64,000 nt of DNA, from the NCBI GenBank assembly GCA_000004985.1, contig GG738873.1; one strand, 5' to 3'. The notes beneath the pieces are model-generated. The model saw nothing but the letters and a program-made list of their open reading frames with translations, was not told the DNA's origin and searched no databases. Source of the stretch: Naegleria gruberi (Eukaryota). Position numbers and translations under genes: made by a program. Each line of letters begins with the position of its first letter. The first letter of the stretch is position 1. Positions 15,289 through 27,200 of the stretch are shown piece by piece.

Positions 15289-18200
15289 NNNNNNNNNNNN
15301 NNNNNNNNNNNNNNNNNNNNNNNNNNNNNNNNNNNNNNNNNNNNNNNNNNNNNNNNNNNNNNNNNNNNNNNNNNNNNNNNNNNNNNNNNNNNNNNNNNNN
15401 NNNNNNNNNNNNNNNNNNNNNNNNNNNNNNNNNNNNNNNNNNNNNNNNNNNNNNNNNNNNNNNNNNNNNNNNNNNNNNNNNNNNNNNNNNNNNNNNNNNN
15501 NNNNNNNNNNNNNNNNNNNNNNNNNNNNNNNNNNNNNNNNNNNNNNNNNNNNNNNNNNNNNNNNNNNNNNNNNNNNNNNNNNNNNNNNNNNNNNNNNNNN
15601 NNNNNNNNNNNNNNNNNNNNNNNNNNNNNNNNNNNNNNNNNNNNNNNNNNNNNNNNNNNNNNNNNNNNNNNNNNNNNNNNNNNNNNNNNNNNNNNNNNNN
15701 NNNNNNNNNNNNNNNNNNNNNNNNNNNNNNNNNNNNNNNNNNNNNNNNNNNNNNNNNNNNNNNNNNNNNNNNNNNNNNNNNNNNNNNNNNNNNNNNNNNN
15801 NNNNNNNNNNNNNNNNNNNNNNNNNNNNNNNNNNNNNNNNNNNNNNNNNNNNNNNNNNNNNNNNNNNNNNNNNNNNNNNNNNNNNNNNNNNNNNNNNNNN
15901 NNNNNNNNNNNNNNNNNNNNNNNNNNNNNNNNNNNNNNNNNNNNNNNNNNNNNNNNNNNNNNNNNNNNNNNNNNNNNNNNNNNNNNNNNNNNNNNNNNNN
16001 NNNNNNNNNNNNNNNNNNNNNNNNNNNNNNNNNNNNNNNNNNNNNNNNNNNNNNNNNNNNNNNNNNNNNNNNNNNNNNNNNNNNNNNNNNNNNNNNNNNN
16101 NNNNNNNNNNNNNNNNNNNNNNNNNNNNNNNNNNNNNNNNNNNNNNNNNNNNNNNNNNNNNNNNNNNNNNNNNNNNNNNNNNNNNNNNNNNNNNNNNNNN
16201 NNNNNNNNNNNNNNNNNNNNNNNNNNNNNNNNNNNNNNNNNNNNNNNNNNNNNNNNNNNNNNNNNNNNNNNNNNNNNNNNNNNNNNNNNNNNNNNNNNNN
16301 NNNNNNNNNNNNNNNNNNNNNNNNNNNNNNNNNNNNNNNNNNNNNNNNNNNNNNNNNNNNNNNNNNNNNNNNNNNNNNNNNNNNNNNNNNNNNNNNNNNN
16401 NNNNNNNNNNNNNNNNNNNNNNNNNNNNNNNNNNNNNNNNNNNNNNNNNNNNNNNNNNNNNNNNNNNNNNNNNNNNNNNNNNNNNNNNNNNNNNNNNNNN
16501 NNNNNNNNNNNNNNNNNNNNNNNNNNNNNNNNNNNNNNNNNNNNNNNNNNNNNNNNNNNNNNNNNNNNNNNNNNNNNNNNNNNNNNNNNNNNNNNNNNNN
16601 NNNNNNNNNNNNNNNNNNNNNNNNNNNNNNNNNNNNNNNNNNNNNNNNNNNNNNNNNNNNNNNNNNNNNNNNNNNNNNNNNNNNNNNNNNNNNNNNNNNN
16701 NNNNNNNNNNNNNNNNNNNNNNNNNNNNNNNNNNNNNNNNNNNNNNNNNNNNNNNNNNNNNNNNNNNNNNNNNNNNNNNNNNNNNNNNNNNNNNNNNNNN
16801 NNNNNNNNNNNNNNNNNNNNNNNNNNNNNNNNNNNNNNNNNNNNNNNNNNNNNNNNNNNNNNNNNNNNNNNNNNNNNNNNNNNNNNNNNNNNNNNNNNNN
16901 NNNNNNNNNNNNNNNNNNNNNNNNNNNNNNNNNNNNNNNNNNNNNNNNNNNNNNNNNNNNNNNNNNNNNNNNNNNNNNNNNNNNNNNNNNNNNNNNNNNN
17001 NNNNNNNNNNNNNNNNNNNNNNNNNNNNNNNNNNNNNNNNNNNNNNNNNNNNNNNNNNNNNNNNNNNNNNNNNNNNNNNNNNNNNNNNNNNNNNNNNNNN
17101 NNNNNNNNNNNNNNNNNNNNNNNNNNNNNNNNNNNNNNNNNNNNNNNNNNNNNNNNNNNNNNNNNNNNNNNNNNNNNNNNNNNNNNNNNNNNNNNNNNNN
17201 NNNNNNNNNNNNNNNNNNNNNNNNNNNNNNNNNNNNNNNNNNNNNNNNNNNNNNNNNNNNNNNNNNNNNNNNNNNNNNNNNNNNNNNNNNNNNNNNNNNN
17301 NNNNNNNNNNNNNNNNNNNNNNNNNNNNNNNNNNNNNNNNNNNNNNNNNNNNNNNNNNNNNNNNNNNNNNNNNNNNNNNNNNNNNNNNNNNNNNNNNNNN
17401 NNNNNNNNNNNNNNNNNNNNNNNNNNNNNNNNNNNNNNNNNNNNNNNNNNNNNNNNNNNNNNNNNNNNNNNNNNNNNNNNNNNNNNNNNNNNNNNNNNNN
17501 NNNNNNNNNNNNNNNNNNNNNNNNNNNNNNNNNNNNNNNNNNNNNNNNNNNNNNNNNNNNNNNNNNNNNNNNNNNNNNNNNNNNNNNNNNNNNNNNNNNN
17601 NNNNNNNNNNNNNNNNNNNNNNNNNNNNNNNNNNNNNNNNNNNNNNNNNNNNNNNNNNNNNNNNNNNNNNNNNNNNNNNNNNNNNNNNNNNNNNNNNNNN
17701 NNNNNNNNNNNNNNNNNNNNNNNNNNNNNNNNNNNNNNNNNNNNNNNNNNNNNNNNNNNNNNNNNNNNNNNNNNNNNNNNNNNNNNNNNNNNNNNNNNNN
17801 NNNNNNNNNNNNNNNNNNNNNNNNNNNNNNNNNNNNNNNNNNNNNNNNNNNNNNNNNNNNNNNNNNNNNNNNNNNNNNNNNNNNNNNNNNNNNNNNNNNN
17901 NNNNNNNNNNNNNNNNNNNNNNNNNNNNNNNNNNNNNNNNNNNNNNNNNNNNNNNNNNNNNNNNNNNNNNNNNNNNNNNNNNNNNNNNNNNNNNNNNNNN
18001 NNNNNNNNNNNNNNNNNNNNNNNNNNNNNNNNNNNNNNNNNNNNNNNNNNNNNNNNNNNNNNNNNNNNNNNNNNNNNNNNNNNNNNNNNNNNNNNNNNNN
18101 NNNNNNNNNNNNNNNNNNNNNNNNNNNNNNNNNNNNNNNNNNNNNNNNNNNNNNNNNNNNNNNNNNNNNNNNNNNNNNNNNNNNNNNNNNNNNNNNNNNN

Positions 18201-21200
18201 NNNNNNNNNNNNNNNNNNNNNNNNNNNNNNNNNNNNNNNNNNNNNNNNNNNNNNNNNNNNNNNNNNNNNNNNNNNNNNNNNNNNNNNNNNNNNNNNNNNN
18301 NNNNNNNNNNNNNNNNNNNNNNNNNNNNNNNNNNNNNNNNNNNNNNNNNNNNNNNNNNNNNNNNNNNNNNNNNNNNNNNNNNNNNNNNNNNNNNNNNNNN
18401 NNNNNNNNNNNNNNNNNNNNNNNNNNNNNNNNNNNNNNNNNNNNNNNNNNNNNNNNNNNNNNNNNNNNNNNNNNNNNNNNNNNNNNNNNNNNNNNNNNNN
18501 NNNNNNNNNNNNNNNNNNNNNNNNNNNNNNNNNNNNNNNNNNNNNNNNNNNNNNNNNNNNNNNNNNNNNNNNNNNNNNNNNNNNNNNNNNNNNNNNNNNN
18601 NNNNNNNNNNNNNNNNNNNNNNNNNNNNNNNNNNNNNNNNNNNNNNNNNNNNNNNNNNNNNNNNNNNNNNNNNNNNNNNNNNNNNNNNNNNNNNNNNNNN
18701 NNNNNNNNNNNNNNNNNNNNNNNNNNNNNNNNNNNNNNNNNNNNNNNNNNNNNNNNNNNNNNNNNNNNNNNNNNNNNNNNNNNNNNNNNNNNNNNNNNNN
18801 NNNNNNNNNNNNNNNNNNNNNNNNNNNNNNNNNNNNNNNNNNNNNNNNNNNNNNNNNNNNNNNNNNNNNNNNNNNNNNNNNNNNNNNNNNNNNNNNNNNN
18901 NNNNNNNNNNNNNNNNNNNNNNNNNNNNNNNNNNNNNNNNNNNNNNNNNNNNNNNNNNNNNNNNNNNNNNNNNNNNNNNNNNNNNNNNNNNNNNNNNNNN
19001 NNNNNNNNNNNNNNNNNNNNNNNNNNNNNNNNNNNNNNNNNNNNNNNNNNNNNNNNNNNNNNNNNNNNNNNNNNNNNNNNNNNNNNNNNNNNNNNNNNNN
19101 NNNNNNNNNNNNNNNNNNNNNNNNNNNNNNNNNNNNNNNNNNNNNNNNNNNNNNNNNNNNNNNNNNNNNNNNNNNNNNNNNNNNNNNNNNNNNNNNNNNN
19201 NNNNNNNNNNNNNNNNNNNNNNNNNNNNNNNNNNNNNNNNNNNNNNNNNNNNNNNNNNNNNNNNNNNNNNNNNNNNNNNNNNNNNNNNNNNNNNNNNNNN
19301 NNNNNNNNNNNNNNNNNNNNNNNNNNNNNNNNNNNNNNNNNNNNNNNNNNNNNNNNNNNNNNNNNNNNNNNNNNNNNNNNNNNNNNNNNNNNNNNNNNNN
19401 NNNNNNNNNNNNNNNNNNNNNNNNNNNNNNNNNNNNNNNNNNNNNNNNNNNNNNNNNNNNNNNNNNNNNNNNNNNNNNNNNNNNNNNNNNNNNNNNNNNN
19501 NNNNNNNNNNNNNNNNNNNNNNNNNNNNNNNNNNNNNNNNNNNNNNNNNNNNNNNNNNNNNNNNNNNNNNNNNNNNNNNNNNNNNNNNNNNNNNNNNNNN
19601 NNNNNNNNNNNNNNNNNNNNNNNNNNNNNNNNNNNNNNNNNNNNNNNNNNNNNNNNNNNNNNNNNNNNNNNNNNNNNNNNNNNNNNNNNNNNNNNNNNNN
19701 NNNNNNNNNNNNNNNNNNNNNNNNNNNNNNNNNNNNNNNNNNNNNNNNNNNNNNNNNNNNNNNNNNNNNNNNNNNNNNNNNNNNNNNNNNNNNNNNNNNN
19801 NNNNNNNNNNNNNNNNNNNNNNNNNNNNNNNNNNNNNNNNNNNNNNNNNNNNNNNNNNNNNNNNNNNNNNNNNNNNNNNNNNNNNNNNNNNNNNNNNNNN
19901 NNNNNNNNNNNNNNNNNNNNNNNNNNNNNNNNNNNNNNNNNNNNNNNNNNNNNNNNNNNNNNNNNNNNNNNNNNNNNNNNNNNNNNNNNNNNNNNNNNNN
20001 NNNNNNNNNNNNNNNNNNNNNNNNNNNNNNNNNNNNNNNNNNNNNNNNNNNNNNNNNNNNNNNNNNNNNNNNNNNNNNNNNNNNNNNNNNNNNNNNNNNN
20101 NNNNNNNNNNNNNNNNNNNNNNNNNNNNNNNNNNNNNNNNNNNNNNNNNNNNNNNNNNNNNNNNNNNNNNNNNNNNNNNNNNNNNNNNNNNNNNNNNNNN
20201 NNNNNNNNNNNNNNNNNNNNNNNNNNNNNNNNNNNNNNNNNNNNNNNNNNNNNNNNNNNNNNNNNNNNNNNNNNNNNNNNNNNNNNNNNNNNNNNNNNNN
20301 NNNNNNNNNNNNNNNNNNNNNNNNNNNNNNNNNNNNNNNNNNNNNNNNNNNNNNNNNNNNNNNNNNNNNNNNNNNNNNNNNNNNNNNNNNNNNNNNNNNN
20401 NNNNNNNNNNNNNNNNNNNNNNNNNNNNNNNNNNNNNNNNNNNNNNNNNNNNNNNNNNNNNNNNNNNNNNNNNNNNNNNNNNNNNNNNNNNNNNNNNNNN
20501 NNNNNNNNNNNNNNNNNNNNNNNNNNNNNNNNNNNNNNNNNNNNNNNNNNNNNNNNNNNNNNNNNNNNNNNNNNNNNNNNNNNNNNNNNNNNNNNNNNNN
20601 NNNNNNNNNNNNNNNNNNNNNNNNNNNNNNNNNNNNNNNNNNNNNNNNNNNNNNNNNNNNNNNNNNNNNNNNNNNNNNNNNNNNNNNNNNNNNNNNNNNN
20701 NNNNNNNNNNNNNNNNNNNNNNNNNNNNNNNNNNNNNNNNNNNNNNNNNNNNNNNNNNNNNNNNNNNNNNNNNNNNNNNNNNNNNNNNNNNNNNNNNNNN
20801 NNNNNNNNNNNNNNNNNNNNNNNNNNNNNNNNNNNNNNNNNNNNNNNNNNNNNNNNNNNNNNNNNNNNNNNNNNNNNNNNNNNNNNNNNNNNNNNNNNNN
20901 NNNNNNNNNNNNNNNNNNNNNNNNNNNNNNNNNNNNNNNNNNNNNNNNNNNNNNNNNNNNNNNNNNNNNNNNNNNNNNNNNNNNNNNNNNNNNNNNNNNN
21001 NNNNNNNNNNNNNNNNNNNNNNNNNNNNNNNNNNNNNNNNNNNNNNNNNNNNNNNNNNNNNNNNNNNNNNNNNNNNNNNNNNNNNNNNNNNNNNNNNNNN
21101 NNNNNNNNNNNNNNNNNNNNNNNNNNNNNNNNNNNNNNNNNNNNNNNNNNNNNNNNNNNNNNNNNNNNNNNNNNNNNNNNNNNNNNNNNNNNNNNNNNNN

Positions 21201-24200
21201 NNNNNNNNNNNNNNNNNNNNNNNNNNNNNNNNNNNNNNNNNNNNNNNNNNNNNNNNNNNNNNNNNNNNNNNNNNNNNNNNNNNNNNNNNNNNNNNNNNNN
21301 NNNNNNNNNNNNNNNNNNNNNNNNNNNNNNNNNNNNNNNNNNNNNNNNNNNNNNNNNNNNNNNNNNNNNNNNNNNNNNNNNNNNNNNNNNNNNNNNNNNN
21401 NNNNNNNNNNNNNNNNNNNNNNNNNNNNNNNNNNNNNNNNNNNNNNNNNNNNNNNNNNNNNNNNNNNNNNNNNNNNNNNNNNNNNNNNNNNNNNNNNNNN
21501 NNNNNNNNNNNNNNNNNNNNNNNNNNNNNNNNNNNNNNNNNNNNNNNNNNNNNNNNNNNNNNNNNNNNNNNNNNNNNNNNNNNNNNNNNNNNNNNNNNNN
21601 NNNNNNNNNNNNNNNNNNNNNNNNNNNNNNNNNNNNNNNNNNNNNNNNNNNNNNNNNNNNNNNNNNNNNNNNNNNNNNNNNNNNNNNNNNNNNNNNNNNN
21701 NNNNNNNNNNNNNNNNNNNNNNNNNNNNNNNNNNNNNNNNNNNNNNNNNNNNNNNNNNNNNNNNNNNNNNNNNNNNNNNNNNNNNNNNNNNNNNNNNNNN
21801 NNNNNNNNNNNNNNNNNNNNNNNNNNNNNNNNNNNNNNNNNNNNNNNNNNNNNNNNNNNNNNNNNNNNNNNNNNNNNNNNNNNNNNNNNNNNNNNNNNNN
21901 NNNNNNNNNNNNNNNNNNNNNNNNNNNNNNNNNNNNNNNNNNNNNNNNNNNNNNNNNNNNNNNNNNNNNNNNNNNNNNNNNNNNNNNNNNNNNNNNNNNN
22001 NNNNNNNNNNNNNNNNNNNNNNNNNNNNNNNNNNNNNNNNNNNNNNNNNNNNNNNNNNNNNNNNNNNNNNNNNNNNNNNNNNNNNNNNNNNNNNNNNNNN
22101 NNNNNNNNNNNNNNNNNNNNNNNNNNNNNNNNNNNNNNNNNNNNNNNNNNNNNNNNNNNNNNNNNNNNNNNNNNNNNNNNNNNNNNNNNNNNNNNNNNNN
22201 NNNNNNNNNNNNNNNNNNNNNNNNNNNNNNNNNNNNNNNNNNNNNNNNNNNNNNNNNNNNNNNNNNNNNNNNNNNNNNNNNNNNNNNNNNNNNNNNNNNN
22301 NNNNNNNNNNNNNNNNNNNNNNNNNNNNNNNNNNNNNNNNNNNNNNNNNNNNNNNNNNNNNNNNNNNNNNNNNNNNNNNNNNNNNNNNNNNNNNNNNNNN
22401 NNNNNNNNNNNNNNNNNNNNNNNNNNNNNNNNNNNNNNNNNNNNNNNNNNNNNNNNNNNNNNNNNNNNNNNNNNNNNNNNNNNNNNNNNNNNNNNNNNNN
22501 NNNNNNNNNNNNNNNNNNNNNNNNNNNNNNNNNNNNNNNNNNNNNNNNNNNNNNNNNNNNNNNNNNNNNNNNNNNNNNNNNNNNNNNNNNNNNNNNNNNN
22601 NNNNNNNNNNNNNNNNNNNNNNNNNNNNNNNNNNNNNNNNNNNNNNNNNNNNNNNNNNNNNNNNNNNNNNNNNNNNNNNNNNNNNNNNNNNNNNNNNNNN
22701 NNNNNNNNNNNNNNNNNNNNNNNNNNNNNNNNNNNNNNNNNNNNNNNNNNNNNNNNNNNNNNNNNNNNNNNNNNNNNNNNNNNNNNNNNNNNNNNNNNNN
22801 NNNNNNNNNNNNNNNNNNNNNNNNNNNNNNNNNNNNNNNNNNNNNNNNNNNNNNNNNNNNNNNNNNNNNNNNNNNNNNNNNNNNNNNNNNNNNNNNNNNN
22901 NNNNNNNNNNNNNNNNNNNNNNNNNNNNNNNNNNNNNNNNNNNNNNNNNNNNNNNNNNNNNNNNNNNNNNNNNNNNNNNNNNNNNNNNNNNNNNNNNNNN
23001 NNNNNNNNNNNNNNNNNNNNNNNNNNNNNNNNNNNNNNNNNNNNNNNNNNNNNNNNNNNNNNNNNNNNNNNNNNNNNNNNNNNNNNNNNNNNNNNNNNNN
23101 NNNNNNNNNNNNNNNNNNNNNNNNNNNNNNNNNNNNNNNNNNNNNNNNNNNNNNNNNNNNNNNNNNNNNNNNNNNNNNNNNNNNNNNNNNNNNNNNNNNN
23201 NNNNNNNNNNNNNNNNNNNNNNNNNNNNNNNNNNNNNNNNNNNNNNNNNNNNNNNNNNNNNNNNNNNNNNNNNNNNNNNNNNNNNNNNNNNNNNNNNNNN
23301 NNNNNNNNNNNNNNNNNNNNNNNNNNNNNNNNNNNNNNNNNNNNNNNNNNNNNNNNNNNNNNNNNNNNNNNNNNNNNNNNNNNNNNNNNNNNNNNNNNNN
23401 NNNNNNNNNNNNNNNNNNNNNNNNNNNNNNNNNNNNNNNNNNNNNNNNNNNNNNNNNNNNNNNNNNNNNNNNNNNNNNNNNNNNNNNNNNNNNNNNNNNN
23501 NNNNNNNNNNNNNNNNNNNNNNNNNNNNNNNNNNNNNNNNNNNNNNNNNNNNNNNNNNNNNNNNNNNNNNNNNNNNNNNNNNNNNNNNNNNNNNNNNNNN
23601 NNNNNNNNNNNNNNNNNNNNNNNNNNNNNNNNNNNNNNNNNNNNNNNNNNNNNNNNNNNNNNNNNNNNNNNNNNNNNNNNNNNNNNNNNNNNNNNNNNNN
23701 NNNNNNNNNNNNNNNNNNNNNNNNNNNNNNNNNNNNNNNNNNNNNNNNNNNNNNNNNNNNNNNNNNNNNNNNNNNNNNNNNNNNNNNNNNNNNNNNNNNN
23801 NNNNNNNNNNNNNNNNNNNNNNNNNNNNNNNNNNNNNNNNNNNNNNNNNNNNNNNNNNNNNNNNNNNNNNNNNNNNNNNNNNNNNNNNNNNNNNNNNNNN
23901 NNNNNNNNNNNNNNNNNNNNNNNNNNNNNNNNNNNNNNNNNNNNNNNNNNNNNNNNNNNNNNNNNNNNNNNNNNNNNNNNNNNNNNNNNNNNNNNNNNNN
24001 NNNNNNNNNNNNNNNNNNNNNNNNNNNNNNNNNNNNNNNNNNNNNNNNNNNNNNNNNNNNNNNNNNNNNNNNNNNNNNNNNNNNNNNNNNNNNNNNNNNN
24101 NNNNNNNNNNNNNNNNNNNNNNNNNNNNNNNNNNNNNNNNNNNNNNNNNNNNNNNNNNNNNNNNNNNNNNNNNNNNNNNNNNNNNNNNNNNNNNNNNNNN

Positions 24201-27200
24201 NNNNNNNNNNNNNNNNNNNNNNNNNNNNNNNNNNNNNNNNNNNNNNNNNNNNNNNNNNNNNNNNNNNNNNNNNNNNNNNNNNNNNNNNNNNNNNNNNNNN
24301 NNNNNNNNNNNNNNNNNNNNNNNNNNNNNNNNNNNNNNNNNNNNNNNNNNNNNNNNNNNNNNNNNNNNNNNNNNNNNNNNNNNNNNNNNNNNNNNNNNNN
24401 NNNNNNNNNNNNNNNNNNNNNNNNNNNNNNNNNNNNNNNNNNNNNNNNNNNNNNNNNNNNNNNNNNNNNNNNNNNNNNNNNNNNNNNNNNNNNNNNNNNN
24501 NNNNNNNNNNNNNNNNNNNNNNNNNNNNNNNNNNNNNNNNNNNNNNNNNNNNNNNNNNNNNNNNNNNNNNNNNNNNNNNNNNNNNNNNNNNNNNNNNNNN
24601 NNNNNNNNNNNNNNNNNNNNNNNNNNNNNNNNNNNNNNNNNNNNNNNNNNNNNNNNNNNNNNNNNNNNNNNNNNNNNNNNNNNNNNNNNNNNNNNNNNNN
24701 NNNNNNNNNNNNNNNNNNNNNNNNNNNNNNNNNNNNNNNNNNNNNNNNNNNNNNNNNNNNNNNNNNNNNNNNNNNNNNNNNNNNNNNNNNNNNNNNNNNN
24801 NNNNNNNNNNNNNNNNNNNNNNNNNNNNNNNNNNNNNNNNNNNNNNNNNNNNNNNNNNNNNNNNNNNNNNNNNNNNNNNNNNNNNNNNNNNNNNNNNNNN
24901 NNNNNNNNNNNNNNNNNNNNNNNNNNNNNNNNNNNNNNNNNNNNNNNNNNNNNNNNNNNNNNNNNNNNNNNNNNNNNNNNNNNNNNNNNNNNNNNNNNNN
25001 NNNNNNNNNNNNNNNNNNNNNNNNNNNNNNNNNNNNNNNNNNNNNNNNNNNNNNNNNNNNNNNNNNNNNNNNNNNNNNNNNNNNNNNNNNNNNNNNNNNN
25101 NNNNNNNNNNNNNNNNNNNNNNNNNNNNNNNNNNNNNNNNNNNNNNNNNNNNNNNNNNNNNNNNNNNNNNNNNNNNNNNNNNNNNNNNNNNNNNNNNNNN
25201 NNNNNNNNNNNNNNNNNNNNNNNNNNNNNNNNNNNNNNNNNNNNNNNNNNNNNNNNNNNNNNNNNNNNNNNNNNNNNNNNNNNNNNNNNNNNNNNNNNNN
25301 NNNNNNNNNNNNNNNNNNNNNNNNNNNNNNNNNNNNNNNNNNNNNNNNNNNNNNNNNNNNNNNNNNNNNNNNNNNNNNNNNNNNNNNNNNNNNNNNNNNN
25401 NNNNNNNNNNNNNNNNNNNNNNNNNNNNNNNNNNNNNNNNNNNNNNNNNNNNNNNNNNNNNNNNNNNNNNNNNNNNNNNNNNNNNNNNNNNNNNNNNNNN
25501 NNNNNNNNNNNNNNNNNNNNNNNNNNNNNNNNNNNNNNNNNNNNNNNNNNNNNNNNNNNNNNNNNNNNNNNNNNNNNNNNNNNNNNNNNNNNNNNNNNNN
25601 NNNNNNNNNNNNNNNNNNNNNNNNNNNNNNNNNNNNNNNNNNNNNNNNNNNNNNNNNNNNNNNNNNNNNNNNNNNNNNNNNNNNNNNNNNNNNNNNNNNN
25701 NNNNNNNNNNNNNNNNNNNNNNNNNNNNNNNNNNNNNNNNNNNNNNNNNNNNNNNNNNNNNNNNNNNNNNNNNNNNNNNNNNNNNNNNNNNNNNNNNNNN
25801 NNNNNNNNNNNNNNNNNNNNNNNNNNNNNNNNNNNNNNNNNNNNNNNNNNNNNNNNNNNNNNNNNNNNNNNNNNNNNNNNNNNNNNNNNNNNNNNNNNNN
25901 NNNNNNNNNNNNNNNNNNNNNNNNNNNNNNNNNNNNNNNNNNNNNNNNNNNNNNNNNNNNNNNNNNNNNNNNNNNNNNNNNNNNNNNNNNNNNNNNNNNN
26001 NNNNNNNNNNNNNNNNNNNNNNNNNNNNNNNNNNNNNNNNNNNNNNNNNNNNNNNNNNNNNNNNNNNNNNNNNNNNNNNNNNNNNNNNNNNNNNNNNNNN
26101 NNNNNNNNNNNNNNNNNNNNNNNNNNNNNNNNNNNNNNNNNNNNNNNNNNNNNNNNNNNNNNNNNNNNNNNNNNNNNNNNNNNNNNNNNNNNNNNNNNNN
26201 NNNNNNNNNNNNNNNNNNNNNNNNNNNNNNNNNNNNNNNNNNNNNNNNNNNNNNNNNNNNNNNNNNNNNNNNNNNNNNNNNNNNNNNNNNNNNNNNNNNN
26301 NNNNNNNNNNNNNNNNNNNNNNNNNNNNNNNNNNNNNNNNNNNNNNNNNNNNNNNNNNNNNNNNNNNNNNNNNNNNNNNNNNNNNNNNNNNNNNNNNNNN
26401 NNNNNNNNNNNNNNNNNNNNNNNNNNNNNNNNNNNNNNNNNNNNNNNNNNNNNNNNNNNNNNNNNNNNNNNNNNNNNNNNNNNNNNNNNNNNNNNNNNNN
26501 NNNNNNNNNNNNNNNNNNNNNNNNNNNNNNNNNNNNNNNNNNNNNNNNNNNNNNNNNNNNNNNNNNNNNNNNNNNNNNNNNNNNNNNNNNNNNNNNNNNN
26601 NNNNNNNNNNNNNNNNNNNNNNNNNNNNNNNNNNNNNNNNNNNNNNNNNNNNNNNNNNNNNNNNNNNNNNNNNNNNNNNNNNNNNNNNNNNNNNNNNNNN
26701 NNNNNNNNNNNNNNNNNNNNNNNNNNNNNNNNNNNNNNNNNNNNNNNNNNNNNNNNNNNNNNNNNNNNNNNNNNNNNNNNNNNNNNNNNNNNNNNNNNNN
26801 NNNNNNNNNNNNNNNNNNNNNNNNNNNNNNNNNNNNNNNNNNNNNNNNNNNNNNNNNNNNNNNNNNNNNNNNNNNNNNNNNNNNNNNNNNNNNNNNNNNN
26901 NNNNNNNNNNNNNNNNNNNNNNNNNNNNNNNNNNNNNNNNNNNNNNNNNNNNNNNNNNNNNNNNNNNNNNNNNNNNNNNNNNNNNNNNNNNNNNNNNNNN
27001 NNNNNNNNNNNNNNNNNNNNNNNNNNNNNNNNNNNNNNNNNNNNNNNNNNNNNNNNNNNNNNNNNNNNNNNNNNNNNNNNNNNNNNNNNNNNNNNNNNNN
27101 NNNNNNNNNNNNNNNNNNNNNNNNNNNNNNNNNNNNNNNNNNNNNNNNNNNNNNNNNNNNNNNNNNNNNNNNNNNNNNNNNNNNNNNNNNNNNNNNNNNN